Below the pieces are notes generated by a model, which made no database searches, had not been told where the DNA came from, and was given only the letters and a program-made list of their open reading frames with translations. The translations under genes were made by a program, and so were the position numbers. A stretch of 64,000 bases of DNA from Candidatus Latescibacterota bacterium (GTDB taxonomy: Bacteria; Latescibacterota; UBA2968; GCA-2709665). This document shows positions 1 to 10,003 of the stretch, piece after piece. Where the stretch lies: contig OZ220733.1 of the NCBI GenBank assembly GCA_965116875.1, positions 480,001 to 544,000 on the forward strand, written 5' to 3'. The stretch's first letter is position 1. Every line of letters begins with the position of its first letter.

Positions 1-1536
1 GGCCTGTATGCGGGGCGTCCAGGAATGCCGGATGTTCGATCCCGGCGGGCCGCCGGAGAGTCGGATCCAGATTTGAGGATCTTCTCCCGTGCCCCAGAAC
101 AACTCGTAATCGGCAACGTTGGGTCCATCGGCCCGGGCGACGATATCGACGTTCCGCGTGGCGCCGTCGTCCGTGCGGGGATGGTCGAACTGCACGACGG
201 GGGGATCGGTCCACTCCGTTGTTTTTTCGAGCAATGTCGCCGCATCGATACGGCCGGCGCCGCTGCCGCTGTCCCAACCCTCCACCCCGAGGTCGTTCAC
301 GGACGCCGTGAGCAGCGAGCGGACCTGCTCGGCGGTGAGCCTGGGACGACGGGAGAGTACCATCGCCGCCAGGCCTGAAATATGGGGCGCCGCGAAGGAC
401 GTGCCCGAAGCGTGCGCGTACCGGTTTCCCGGAAGGGTCGTTAGCGTGCCGGCGCCGGGCGCGACGAGGTCCAGAGGGACCCCCCGGCTGCTGAATGCGG
501 CAATCCGGTCCAGCGGCGCCGTGGCACCCACCGCAATGGTTTCGTCCATGGCTGCCGGGTAGGAAAGGCCGAATTCACCGCTGTTTCCGGCTGAGCTGAC
601 GAGGACAAGGCCATTGGCGGCCGCATAGCGCACCACGTCTCGGATGAGGAACGCGCTTTCCGGCCCACCCCAACTCATATTGATGATATGTGCCCCGTTT
701 TCCACGGCATAGAGAATGGCGGCGGCGAGGTCGTCTTCTTCAAGAAAGGTAAGATCGGATTGCAGCGTCACGCCGGCGCGAAGTGACATCAGCGCGGCCT
801 CCGGCGCAACGCCCGCGATGCCCACGCCGTTGTCTGTTACGGCCGCGGCAATGCCGGCAACACGGGTGCCGTGGCTGGATTCGTCCATGGGATCGTTGTC
901 GGGCGAGAGGTAGTCTCCCTTCGCCGGGAGCGTCGGGGTGTGGGTGAAGTCCCATCCGCGAACGTCGTCCACGTACCCGTTGTTGTCGTCGTCAATGCCC
1001 GGCCGTCCGGATGCTTCAGCGGTATTGATCCAGATATTGTCTGCCAGGTCTTCGTGGGTATAGTCCACGCCGGAGTCTATGATGGCGACAACGACCGCCT
1101 GTTCGCCCGGGGGCAGGCCATCCAGAAGGACCTGCCACCTGATCTGCTCCAGACCGTACTGATCGGGCAGTCGGGGATCGTCGGGCGCGGCGTGATGGGA
1201 AAAGAGGTGGACGAGCTGTGCGTAGAGGACGTCCGGATGCTCCATGTAGGCGGCCGCAGCTTCCACGGGACTTGCGCCGGGGTCAATCTCGAGACGGTAT
1301 ACCTGCGCCAATCCATGGGCACGTTTGGCCGGGACCACGGGTGGTTGAAACACGGGCTCCGGCGTGCCCGCGCCAAACCGGACATGCAGGCTTGCCAGGC
1401 TTCCCGCAGCGGTCTTGGCCGCCGCCGATCTGAACCTGACGAGGATCTGTCCCGGAGAGTACGCGGGCTGCGCCGTGACGGAACTGAAGGCAGGAAACCA
1501 TATCAAGACTTGCAATATGGCTGATATCGCCTGCAT
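1..1536 (-). CDS. Secreted S8 (subtilisin-like) serine peptidase, 3' end runs off the window
   Basis: Translated by hand (not in ORF track, no stop in window): ATG 1536, signal-like MQAISAILQVLIWFPAFSSVTAQP, catalytic motifs VAIIDSG, HGTRVAGI, GTSFAAP, plus DDDNNGYVDD Ca loop. Confidence 0.93.
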   Translation of the reverse strand, partial: MQAISAILQVLIWFPAFSSVTAQPAYSPGQILVRFRSAAAKTAAGSLASLHVRFGAGTPEPVFQPPVVPAKRAHGLAQVYRLEIDPGASPVEAAAAYMEHPDVLYAQLVHLFSHHAAPDDPRLPDQYGLEQIRWQVLLDGLPPGEQAVVVAIIDSGVDYTHEDLADNIWINTAEASGRPGIDDDNNGYVDDVRGWDFTHTPTLPAKGDYLSPDNDPMDESSHGTRVAGIAAAVTDNGVGIAGVAPEAALMSLRAGVTLQSDLTFLEEDDLAAAILYAVENGAHIINMSWGGPESAFLIRDVVRYAAANGLVLVSSAGNSGEFGLSYPAAMDETIAVGATAPLDRIAAFSSRGVPLDLVAPGAGTLTTLPGNRYAHASGTSFAAPHISGLAAMVLSRRPRLTAEQVRSLLTASVNDLGVEGWDSGSGAGRIDAATLLEKTTEWTDPPVVQFDHPRTDDGATRNVDIVARADGPNVADYELFWGTGEDPQIWIRLSGGPPGSNIRHSWTPRIQA

Positions 1537-1657
1537 CCGGATGGTTCGATTCAAGGTCCGGCTCCAGGAATGTGACTCTTCGATACTCTGCGAATCCGAT
1601 CCGCCTGTCTTCGGCGGCCTCTTCGGTATGGACGGAATATGTGGCCGGAGGTTCCGC

Positions 1658-2833
1658 TTATATCGATTGACGATCGGATAACGCTCCGGCGTCGTCCCGG
1701 CCCGGGCTTCCCGGCAGTGCGGCCACGAGCGCGGCGGACGGAAGCAGAATCAGGGAGACGCAAGCCAGAGCAAACCCCATGGATGTCATATCGGCAAGGA
1801 GACCTATGACCGGGAGCATAAGACCCGAGACGCCCCATGCGAAACCCATCACCAGTCCCGTAGCCGTGCTGGCGTGCTGCGGCAGGATGCGCTGTGCGAG
1901 TACGATATTGGTTGTCGCGCCCAGGTCGAAAATGAATCCGGCGAAAAGAAAACACGCCAGTGAGACGGGCCCGGAGGTGAAGCAGAAGACAACGTAGAAG
2001 ACGGTAGAGAATGCACAGGACCAACCCAGAAGCTTGCGAGGAGTCACACGGTCGCCGAGATATCCGCCGGCCAGACGGCCGAGGGTGGCCGCGATCAGAT
2101 AGGCGGACAACACCCATCCGATTTTCGAGATATCCCACATTCTTTCGTGGCCGAGTATGGAAATGAAGCTCACGCAGGCCGCGTGTACCAGAGATCGAAA
2201 TACGGCGATCGCATACAGGATCCAGAGCGGGCGCATGGCCGCCGTCCGGAAAAACGCATAATTGATGCGGACGGGTTTCGTCGAAATTTCCGACGGATTC
2301 GCGCCACCGGACATGCGGAAGAGCACGACCGCGGCAACGAGGCAGGGGAAGATCACGATCCACAGGGAATCCAGACCGAATCGAGAAACCACCTGCGTCC
2401 CCGTGACGGGAGCAATGGCCATGCCCAGAGGTCCGCCGGTGAGGAAAATGGCCATTGCGAAATTGGATCGTCGGGGCATTGAAGACGTCACCATACCACC
2501 GGCCGTGGGATGAAAAAGAGAGGAACCCAGTGAGGCCAGAATCAGAAAACCGGCCAGCACCGCCACCGTCGGCAACGAACCGATTGCGGAAACGCAGAGG
2601 CCGCACGCAAGCACACCGAGCGCGGCAAGACGCACGCGATTGGTCCGATCGCCGATGTAGCCCATGAACGGTTGCGGGATATTGCCGAAGAGAGAAACCA
2701 CCATGGGCAGGAGGGAAGCCTCCACCAGCGTAAGCCCGAATATTTCCTTGAAGAGGGCCAGCAACGGCGGAAACAGGGTCATATAGAAGTCGACGGTCGT
2801 GTGCGCATAGGTAATCAGGCAGACCCGCAGCAT
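1658..2833 (-). CDS. MFS transporter (Fsr-like)
   Basis: Many hydrophobic helices, motif A-like GYIGDR and GYLGDR, FHP motif; start MLRVCLI chosen, uncertain. Confidence 0.88.
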   Translation of the reverse strand: MLRVCLITYAHTTVDFYMTLFPPLLALFKEIFGLTLVEASLLPMVVSLFGNIPQPFMGYIGDRTNRVRLAALGVLACGLCVSAIGSLPTVAVLAGFLILASLGSSLFHPTAGGMVTSSMPRRSNFAMAIFLTGGPLGMAIAPVTGTQVVSRFGLDSLWIVIFPCLVAAVVLFRMSGGANPSEISTKPVRINYAFFRTAAMRPLWILYAIAVFRSLVHAACVSFISILGHERMWDISKIGWVLSAYLIAATLGRLAGGYLGDRVTPRKLLGWSCAFSTVFYVVFCFTSGPVSLACFLFAGFIFDLGATTNIVLAQRILPQHASTATGLVMGFAWGVSGLMLPVIGLLADMTSMGFALACVSLILLPSAALVAALPGSPGRDDAGALSDRQSI

Positions 2834-2930
2834 TGGACGTCGCGTACGTTGCATCTGAGTCCCCGTTGACCGGCGGTGCGGTGAAGTCGAGCGGGATCCG
2901 TCGAAGGGAGTTGACGTGTAACGGGAGACG

Positions 2931-3293
2931 CTACCCGAGACCGGCGCGTTCGAGAACGACCTCCCCGATTTTGTCGTGGATTCCCAGGGGTCCGGTGACC
3001 CGAAACGCGACGCCTGGAAAGCCAGCCGCGGCCCGTTCAACCATGGCGGGAATGTCACGCGTGGCGTGGCGACCGGGCGAGAGCATGTAGGGGTGAACGA
3101 CAACCTCGGATGCGCCGTCGCGAACGCAGGCTTCAACCCCTTCTTCCAGGGTGGGCCGGGAAAGTTCCATATGCGCGATATGCACGATCAGCCCCGGACG
3201 TTTCCGCCTTACGACTCCCGCAACGTCTTCGAGCATACGATTGGCTTCGTCCAGGGTTGAACCGTGATCGACGATCAGAAGGGCTATGGACAT
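2931..3293 (-). CDS. Short CbiX/SirB-type chelatase domain protein
   Basis: VDHGS, HMELSRPTL and PYMLSPGRH motifs, 120 aa. Confidence 0.9.
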   Translation of the reverse strand: MSIALLIVDHGSTLDEANRMLEDVAGVVRRKRPGLIVHIAHMELSRPTLEEGVEACVRDGASEVVVHPYMLSPGRHATRDIPAMVERAAAGFPGVAFRVTGPLGIHDKIGEVVLERAGLG

Positions 3294-3548
3294 AATGGAT
3301 TGACGCTCAGAAGTATATGAGATAATCTGCGGACCTTACCGCTGGCAACGTCTACTCGACAACCCGCGTTGTTTCCGCCATCAATATCAACAGGTCAAAA
3401 TGCCGGTACGAGATCAGAAGGAACATGCGGCATTGCCGGTGCCACGTATACCTCTTTCAGGATGTGGGCAATACCGCCAGCCGCTTCAGTGCAATCACGG
3501 AAAGCAGAGAGCAGGAATCGGCACGAACTGCAGGTTCTGAATTCCGAT

Positions 3549-6512
3549 TCAATCTTCCCAGCGTTTGAATCCGGAGTGGACGACCTCAAACGCGTCACCA
3601 GGTTCAAAGTCGTAGCGGAATCCTTTTGAGTAGTCCAGATCATCCACCATACCGCGGACGAAATTTTCATCGCCGACCCGGATCAGCGTCCTGTTGCTTT
3701 CGCGCTCGACGCTTCGGATCCGATAGCAGGCATCGCGTTCATTTTCGTTTCGGATGGAGATGTAAGCGCCTGAAAGGGATCCGTCGGGTGGTGGTTCGGT
3801 TGTGTGGATGACACCGGGCTCGTGGGTGGAGACGATGCCGGTCCAGGCAGCTTCCGACATCCGGAAGCGATGTGACTCAGTGCCCATGACAGTCCCGCCA
3901 ACGAGCAATGACCATTGCGGGCCGATTTTCGACTCCGCAAAGATCCCGAACCTCCCGTTGAAGCAAATGCGGCCGTCTATTATAATGGCGGTGTGCCCGT
4001 CGCCGAAAATGACTGTGTGGACATTTTCGTCCGGAAGGCGGACTCTCAGAGCACGGAGAGCGGGCCCGCCAGGCAGGTCAACCTCTTCAATTTGCACAAT
4101 TTTCCGGTTTCTTCTGAATGCCTCGATGATGCTCAGATAGCCGGAGTCGAGGGGCTGTCCACCCTCGTGGGCGACGATGCCGTAGGTCAGGCGCCGGGGA
4201 TTACCGGGTTTGTTGCGGGGCGGATCTCCGTGACAGAGGGCGATCTCACCAGGGGGATTTATCAAGTTCCATCGCAGGTGAATGTCGGTCGCGTCACCGG
4301 GCGTGGATGATGTAGGGAGCGCCTGCCACGTATCAGCAATGGTCCAGTCGACGGAGACCGTCCCCGCCGCTGCTGCACAACGCTTTACGTCGTAAAGGTA
4401 CTGGAAGCCGCTGCCACTGTAGTTACGTACTTCGCCATCGTAAAATTCTCCGAACTTGACGTCCTCACCAGCATACGTGCCGTTGTCCTGTGGCGTTAAT
4501 TCGAGACCTTCGGTCCTGACGATTCCTTCGGCTGCGTGGAAGAGGAAGTGGTGGGATGAGCCGCCGGAGACCTGGAAGAGGTCTGCTGCATAGAAGTCCG
4601 TATCGGAAATCCGCACCAACGCGCTGGTGCGGCAATAGACCGGGCACTGCGGGTAGACGTCGGTGGACGAAACGGAGACGACCTGAGCTTCCGCTGTGGT
4701 TGCACAGAAGTCGACCTTTCCTGAGTAGCCGCCTTTCTGTTTGCTTCGATCAACAAGGACGGTGTTGTGGGAGACGGTATGGCTGGTCCAGCCTGAGCGT
4801 TTTGGCCATACGCGCGCGTGTTCGGGATAGCCCAGGTCCGGCAGCAGGTCCAATCCGAAGGCGTAAAGGCCAAGATTCAATCGATCCGCATGCCCATGGC
4901 CGGTGTTGCGGCCGTAATAGAGCCACAGGGTGCGTTCGTATTCATCCGCGCCGTCTCTGAGAAGTGCCAGTCCATACCCCGTCATCACGTCAGAATCGAG
5001 GCGGAAGGGCCCGTGCCGCGCTACGGCATCTGTCACGCGACGCCGGATGGCTTCCGGATCCTCGTTGAAGATGCTGCCGTGAATCCGTGTCAGATCTCCG
5101 CCAACGAGGTGGTGCGCAGCCCTGGCGAAAATGGGATCGCCAAACAGCTCCAGGCCTTCCAGACATTGTTCGACGGTGAGACCGCAAAGGTTGAGGTTAC
5201 CCGTCTGGCCCGTGTCGCCAATGTTTGGGATGTACCTGCCCAGACAGATCATGCGGATGTGACCCAGGTACATCTGCTTGTACCGCAGATATCCCCGGAT
5301 GTTGTGACGGGTGTACGAGCGTCGGCATCCAAGTACACGGTCCAGATCGTTCATGCCCTGGGATTTGTGGAGCCAGCCCAGGCTGTAGGACGGCGCGGCT
5401 TCGGAACCGATACCGTCCCGGTCGATTTCTCCCGCGAAAAGTTCCGGAATGTGTCCACCGCTCGGTTTTTGACCGCGCAGTTTGCCGGCCTTGAAGACCC
5501 AGTCCAGCCAGTGGTCGGTATCTTCCGCATCCAGGGCGACGGAGAGGACAGCCATCGTGACCTGGTCGCCGGGTTCGTTTCGGGCGACGTCGCCTGAGAG
5601 GATGGCGGCAATGCCCTCGCGTATGATACGACTCTCAATATGGCGGCACAGTTCGTCCACGTTGTTCTGGGAACACAAACCATGGACGTTCCTTTTGCGG
5701 GAGAGAAACGTGAAGAGCGGGTCGTCGTCCCGCCATGCGGTTCGGACGGTATCATAACATTCCGTAAAGGCGATGAGCAGGCCCGGTTCCCAGATTCGGC
5801 CGTAGATACGACCCCGGCCGCTCAATCCGTCCGAGTTGAAGAATCCGAGTCCGGCCCAGTAGGACCAGTGCATATCGGGATAGACGTCGGCGATTCTGGC
5901 CAGAAGAATTCCGGCTTTGTGAGCGTACGCGGGGTTGCCCGATAGCAGGTATGCCCGCTTCAACCCCTGGCAAGCGGTCCGTATTTCGTTCCAGATACCA
6001 TGGTGTCCATAGACACCAATGAGTTTGAATGACTCTCCGGTATCGTCGATCCAGCCCGTACCGTCGTCCACGCACCAGGTGAAAAGGGGGTCGTTTTTGT
6101 CCGGATGTTCTGTATTGAAGAGCAGGCTGCGGTCGGCTTCATCGGGACGAAAGACACCGTCGGGACCTATGCCGCTCTTGTAAAAGGCGGCATAGTCGTT
6201 GCCAGGAAACCGGCCGCCGCAGTTGGGGCAGGTGATTTTCCAGGGGTCGCGGAAAACGTCGACGTTGAAAGCGCCTCCATAACGATTGATGCCGTCGCCG
6301 CATTGCGGACATCCTTTGGCGACGCTTGCATTGGTGCTGCGACCGGTGGTTTGCCCGGTAACCAGCGACCACAGGGTGTCATCGTCCAGATCAAGCCAGC
6401 GTCGGGCACAATGGACGGCAGCATCCCGCTCGGCGGCAGCCCAGTACATTTGTTCAATGTTGCGGCGTGCGTTGGCGATCTCTTCGGTGGCGATGAAATG
6501 TTCGCCGGGCAT
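3549..6512 (-). CDS. Heparinase II/III-family (alginate-lyase-like) protein
   Basis: GHGHADRLNL, DLGYP and HNTVLVD motifs; N-terminal CPQC/CPNC pairs; start uncertain. Confidence 0.82.
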   Translation of the reverse strand: MPGEHFIATEEIANARRNIEQMYWAAAERDAAVHCARRWLDLDDDTLWSLVTGQTTGRSTNASVAKGCPQCGDGINRYGGAFNVDVFRDPWKITCPNCGGRFPGNDYAAFYKSGIGPDGVFRPDEADRSLLFNTEHPDKNDPLFTWCVDDGTGWIDDTGESFKLIGVYGHHGIWNEIRTACQGLKRAYLLSGNPAYAHKAGILLARIADVYPDMHWSYWAGLGFFNSDGLSGRGRIYGRIWEPGLLIAFTECYDTVRTAWRDDDPLFTFLSRKRNVHGLCSQNNVDELCRHIESRIIREGIAAILSGDVARNEPGDQVTMAVLSVALDAEDTDHWLDWVFKAGKLRGQKPSGGHIPELFAGEIDRDGIGSEAAPSYSLGWLHKSQGMNDLDRVLGCRRSYTRHNIRGYLRYKQMYLGHIRMICLGRYIPNIGDTGQTGNLNLCGLTVEQCLEGLELFGDPIFARAAHHLVGGDLTRIHGSIFNEDPEAIRRRVTDAVARHGPFRLDSDVMTGYGLALLRDGADEYERTLWLYYGRNTGHGHADRLNLGLYAFGLDLLPDLGYPEHARVWPKRSGWTSHTVSHNTVLVDRSKQKGGYSGKVDFCATTAEAQVVSVSSTDVYPQCPVYCRTSALVRISDTDFYAADLFQVSGGSSHHFLFHAAEGIVRTEGLELTPQDNGTYAGEDVKFGEFYDGEVRNYSGSGFQYLYDVKRCAAAAGTVSVDWTIADTWQALPTSSTPGDATDIHLRWNLINPPGEIALCHGDPPRNKPGNPRRLTYGIVAHEGGQPLDSGYLSIIEAFRRNRKIVQIEEVDLPGGPALRALRVRLPDENVHTVIFGDGHTAIIIDGRICFNGRFGIFAESKIGPQWSLLVGGTVMGTESHRFRMSEAAWTGIVSTHEPGVIHTTEPPPDGSLSGAYISIRNENERDACYRIRSVERESNRTLIRVGDENFVRGMVDDLDYSKGFRYDFEPGDAFEVVHSGFKRWED

Positions 6513-6648
6513 GGGGCACCTTGAAAGACGGGGACTCGAGGGTGTCACTCAGGATAGCGCTCAAGCGGCGGCAGGACACGCGACGTCCCTCTCCCGGCCG
6601 GAGAGAAGGTGGCCATCGGATGACGTTTCGGTGCAGTTGATTCGAGCA

Positions 6649-8184
6649 TCAAGCAAGATCCCTGAGTATTTCCTGCGCGGCATTGTGGCCCGGAATGCCG
6701 CTCACTTCGCCACCGGGATGCTGTCCCGCACCGCAAAGGTACAGGCCTCGATGCGGGGCGCGATACTGCGAGAGTTCAGGAAGGGGCCGGTTCCAGAAAA
6801 GATGTTCGCCGGCATGTTGCACGTGCCAGATGCAACCGTCCGTCAGGCCGTTCTCACGTTCGATGTCGTGCGGCGTCCGGAAGATATAGCTTCGAATGGA
6901 GGACCTGAAATTGGGAGCAAATTCCGTGATCTGCTCGATGATTCCATCGGCGATCTCGTCCCGGACGTCGTCCCATGCACCCTGCCGGAGCCTCGCGGGC
7001 GCGGGATAGATCCACACGGAGGCGGTGTGATAGCCGGGTTGGGTGAGGGTGGGGTCCGCGAACGAGGGCATCGAAAAACTGATGACGGGTCTGCGTACCG
7101 GCAGGCCTGCATCCAGCTCATCGTACGCCGCGTCGACCTCCGGCCTCGATGCATTCAGGGTGATCGCGCCCCGGTAGGGCTGTTCAGGATCTCCATCCCA
7201 AAACCTCCATTGCGGGGCTTCGCTGATAACGGCGAGCAGCTTATAACAGCTCACGTGGGTGATCAGACCCTCGAGGCGCTTGCGCAGCCTGCCGTTAACC
7301 GATCCGGCGGGCATGAGTCTGAGGAACGTGCGCTTGGGGTCCAGGTTGGAGACGGTGATTCGGCTGCGGACTTCCCGTTCGTCTTCCAGTCGAACGCCGA
7401 TAACGGCGTTTTCTTCTACGAGGAACTCTTCTACGCCGGCGTCGAGATGGATGGCCGCGCCGGCTTCTCGCGCCGCGTCGGCGATGGCATCGCTAACGGC
7501 GCCCATTCCGCCCTCAACGTAGCCGTAGGGATGGGCCTCGCCGGTTTCGGCGTCCGGGCGGTTGATGGAACCGTAGGCAAAGTGAAGTCCCAGGGGATTT
7601 CGGCCCACGGCGGCGCCTTCCGTTGCGTAGAGATCCTTCAGGTGGTCGGTGGACAGGAATTCGTCCTGAAGTTCCCGGATTCGCGTGGAAACAGCCCTTT
7701 CGAGCACGCGGGCCGACGGGGTGCCCGCGATCGCCGAGCGTACATCCTCCAGCGGTGGGGGCGCCTGAAACCTGTAAGGGGTCACGATGTCCGAGAGTGT
7801 CCGCTTGAATTCACCGTAACGGCGGGTGTCCGCGCGTTCGCTGCTGGTGAGGCGGCTCCGGTGGGTTCGATTCCTGGGTGAGTCGTGATCCGATGGTCCA
7901 TGATACGTGCCGTCGGGACGCAGGCGGATGTATCCCTCGCGGGGAAGCATTTTCATCCCGCGTTCGTAGAGATCGAGGTCCCGTATGATTCTGGGAGGCA
8001 GGCCGTGGATCATGTGAGCACAGGTTGAAAAATGAAACCCCGGCCAGAGTTCTTCGGTGATTGAGGCGCCGCCCGCAAAAGACCGGCGCTCGAACACGCT
8101 GACGTCGAGCCCCGCTCTTGCCAGGTAGGCGGCGGCAGTCAGGCCGTTGTGGCCGGCGCCGACGACGATGACATCCGTATCCAT
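6649..8184 (-). CDS. Phytoene dehydrogenase-like FAD oxidoreductase
   Basis: GAGHNGL FAD motif; C-terminal GLYLCGAGQHPGGEVSGIPGHNAA. Confidence 0.9.
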   Translation of the reverse strand: MDTDVIVVGAGHNGLTAAAYLARAGLDVSVFERRSFAGGASITEELWPGFHFSTCAHMIHGLPPRIIRDLDLYERGMKMLPREGYIRLRPDGTYHGPSDHDSPRNRTHRSRLTSSERADTRRYGEFKRTLSDIVTPYRFQAPPPLEDVRSAIAGTPSARVLERAVSTRIRELQDEFLSTDHLKDLYATEGAAVGRNPLGLHFAYGSINRPDAETGEAHPYGYVEGGMGAVSDAIADAAREAGAAIHLDAGVEEFLVEENAVIGVRLEDEREVRSRITVSNLDPKRTFLRLMPAGSVNGRLRKRLEGLITHVSCYKLLAVISEAPQWRFWDGDPEQPYRGAITLNASRPEVDAAYDELDAGLPVRRPVISFSMPSFADPTLTQPGYHTASVWIYPAPARLRQGAWDDVRDEIADGIIEQITEFAPNFRSSIRSYIFRTPHDIERENGLTDGCIWHVQHAGEHLFWNRPLPELSQYRAPHRGLYLCGAGQHPGGEVSGIPGHNAAQEILRDLA

Positions 8185-8230
8185 AAAACCGTTCCCCTCG
8201 ATGTGAACCGACCCGAACGCGCGCTGCGAA

Positions 8231-8288
8231 CAGTCCGTTGATAAAGTCGCTCTGCAGGCGAGGCCGGATGGGCTTTTTCAACGGGCTG
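8231..8288. repeat. MITE-like family 1, short copy without the internal hairpin
   Basis: CAGTCCGTTGATAAAG...CTTTTTCAACGGGCTG termini, matching copies at 20491 and 54832. Confidence 0.8.
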
Positions 8289-9815
8289 CTAAACCGGGCG
8301 GTCCCTTGAAATGAAGCGTGGCCGCAACCTTGCGGTAACGTGCGGATTGCGAGACGCCTCACCAGCGACTCCGTTCGAGGCGTCGACGTATGCCTTCAGG
8401 TGCGTTAAGGCGTTTCCGCTGTCGATGGCGTCCCTGGCGCGTTCGACGGCCGTTGACGGGTCGACATCAAATCCAAGCAGATGATCTTTCATTGCTGCGT
8501 TGAGCACGATCTGGTCGTAGACCCAGCCTCTATTCCCGGAAAGAGCGGAAAGGCCCGTTCCGGCAAAGGCGTCTGCACACACGGCTTCGGGTCGAGGCTG
8601 ACTGTCGTACCTGAATCCGGCTGCCGCCGGGTCGACGTCGCGATCGTACGTTTCAGTTCGTCCGTCGCCGGTCCGGAAACCCCTTACGTTGTTGATGGCC
8701 TTCCGTCCGCCGTCGGAGGGTTTGCCCAGCCGCAGCCCCAGCGAACTGCCGCCCTCCATTCCCTTCACGACAAGGCATGAGTGGAGACCCCGGTCCGCTG
8801 CCAGTTGAAGGAACATATCCTCGTACCCCGGATGGTAATAGCCCACCACCATGTGGTTTTCACCCGGGCACGTGAAGAGTTGCTGGGCCTTTTCCGTTGC
8901 CGCCCAGGGAGGCCGTTTGCCGATATGCGCGCGGAGTTCCCTGGTTGCGTACGCCGACGGCGAGAAGATGCGCTGGCTGACGTAGGCAAAACCCACGTGC
9001 GGTTTCTCGATCAGTTCTCCGGCATGTTCCAGAGAGAGATCGACGTTCGCCCCCAGCGCTTTCAGGAGCTGTTCGTCGGTGACTCCCCATTTCGGCGGCA
9101 TTCCATCCACGCCGTGCAGTACCGTCGGGCGTCCGAGCGCGGCCCTGACCGCCGCGACGAAAAGGGTCGGCCGGAAGTATCTGTTCGATCCGTCGTAGGG
9201 TTCACCGAAATGGGTGAGCGAGCCGACGTTCAGCTCCACAACGCCGGACGGGTCAAACGCGGCGTCCAGGTATCCGCGCGCCTCGTCGTATGTCTCGCGA
9301 TTCATCCGCTGTCCGATGAGCGCAGCGCCATTGAGCGCTGCTCGCCCATGTCGGCCAAGTATGACGCCGCACATCCGGCGTGTCTCGACATAACTCAGGT
9401 GATCACCGGCGAGGATCTTACGGAGAGAGGATATGAGAACCGCTTCCTGATCGTTTTTCGCTTTCAGCTTCGAGGAGGGTTCCAGTAGAAAAAGAACCTC
9501 CGTCGGCAGGCTTTGACGGAGGGCCTCACGATTCCCTTCAAACGCTTCGGTTTCGGCGCAACTCCACCGGGTCCGTGGAGGAAATCCGCGCCGCAGCGCC
9601 ATGGCGACGAAGAAAGCACCCATCTGGACAGGCGATACACGTATCGTATCAGGGTATTCCTCTCTGACGGAACGCAGAATCAGTTCCAGAATGCGGCCCG
9701 GCCGGGGGTCGGCGGGTTTTACGCCCAACGGCCGGGACTGATGAGGTCCGGTGCAGACGCGGGATTGGGCTTCCAGCACTTCCGGGTTCGGACCCGTGTA
9801 GCGTTCAGTCGTCAT
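8289..9815 (-). CDS. Anthranilate phosphoribosyltransferase-like protein (YbiB/TrpD2-like)
   Basis: QMGAFF, GEPYDG, HGVDGMPPKWG, HIGKRPP and KGMEG motifs. Confidence 0.82.
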   Translation of the reverse strand: MTTERYTGPNPEVLEAQSRVCTGPHQSRPLGVKPADPRPGRILELILRSVREEYPDTIRVSPVQMGAFFVAMALRRGFPPRTRWSCAETEAFEGNREALRQSLPTEVLFLLEPSSKLKAKNDQEAVLISSLRKILAGDHLSYVETRRMCGVILGRHGRAALNGAALIGQRMNRETYDEARGYLDAAFDPSGVVELNVGSLTHFGEPYDGSNRYFRPTLFVAAVRAALGRPTVLHGVDGMPPKWGVTDEQLLKALGANVDLSLEHAGELIEKPHVGFAYVSQRIFSPSAYATRELRAHIGKRPPWAATEKAQQLFTCPGENHMVVGYYHPGYEDMFLQLAADRGLHSCLVVKGMEGGSSLGLRLGKPSDGGRKAINNVRGFRTGDGRTETYDRDVDPAAAGFRYDSQPRPEAVCADAFAGTGLSALSGNRGWVYDQIVLNAAMKDHLLGFDVDPSTAVERARDAIDSGNALTHLKAYVDASNGVAGEASRNPHVTARLRPRFISRDRPV

Positions 9816-10003
9816 GGCAAACATTTCCTCAGGTGAAATAAAGCCGGCGATAGTATACAAGAATTCCGGTGTGCCATCAAGCGGGGCGGGCTGTGCCTCC
9901 AATCTCCGGGCAAAGTGACCGGACCGACGGAGGACTTCCGGCCCGGAGCGTATCGGGACTGAAAAAACGGTTTGCACGTACCGTGTTTTTTGTTAAATAA
10001 GAC

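Noticed and set aside
7855-7880. tRNA-like T-loop GGTTCGATTCC
   Set aside because: Lies inside a CDS on the opposite strand, with no cloverleaf
6286-7881. 531-aa plus-strand ORF
   Set aside because: Antisense shadow of the phytoene dehydrogenase-like gene, expected in GC-rich DNA
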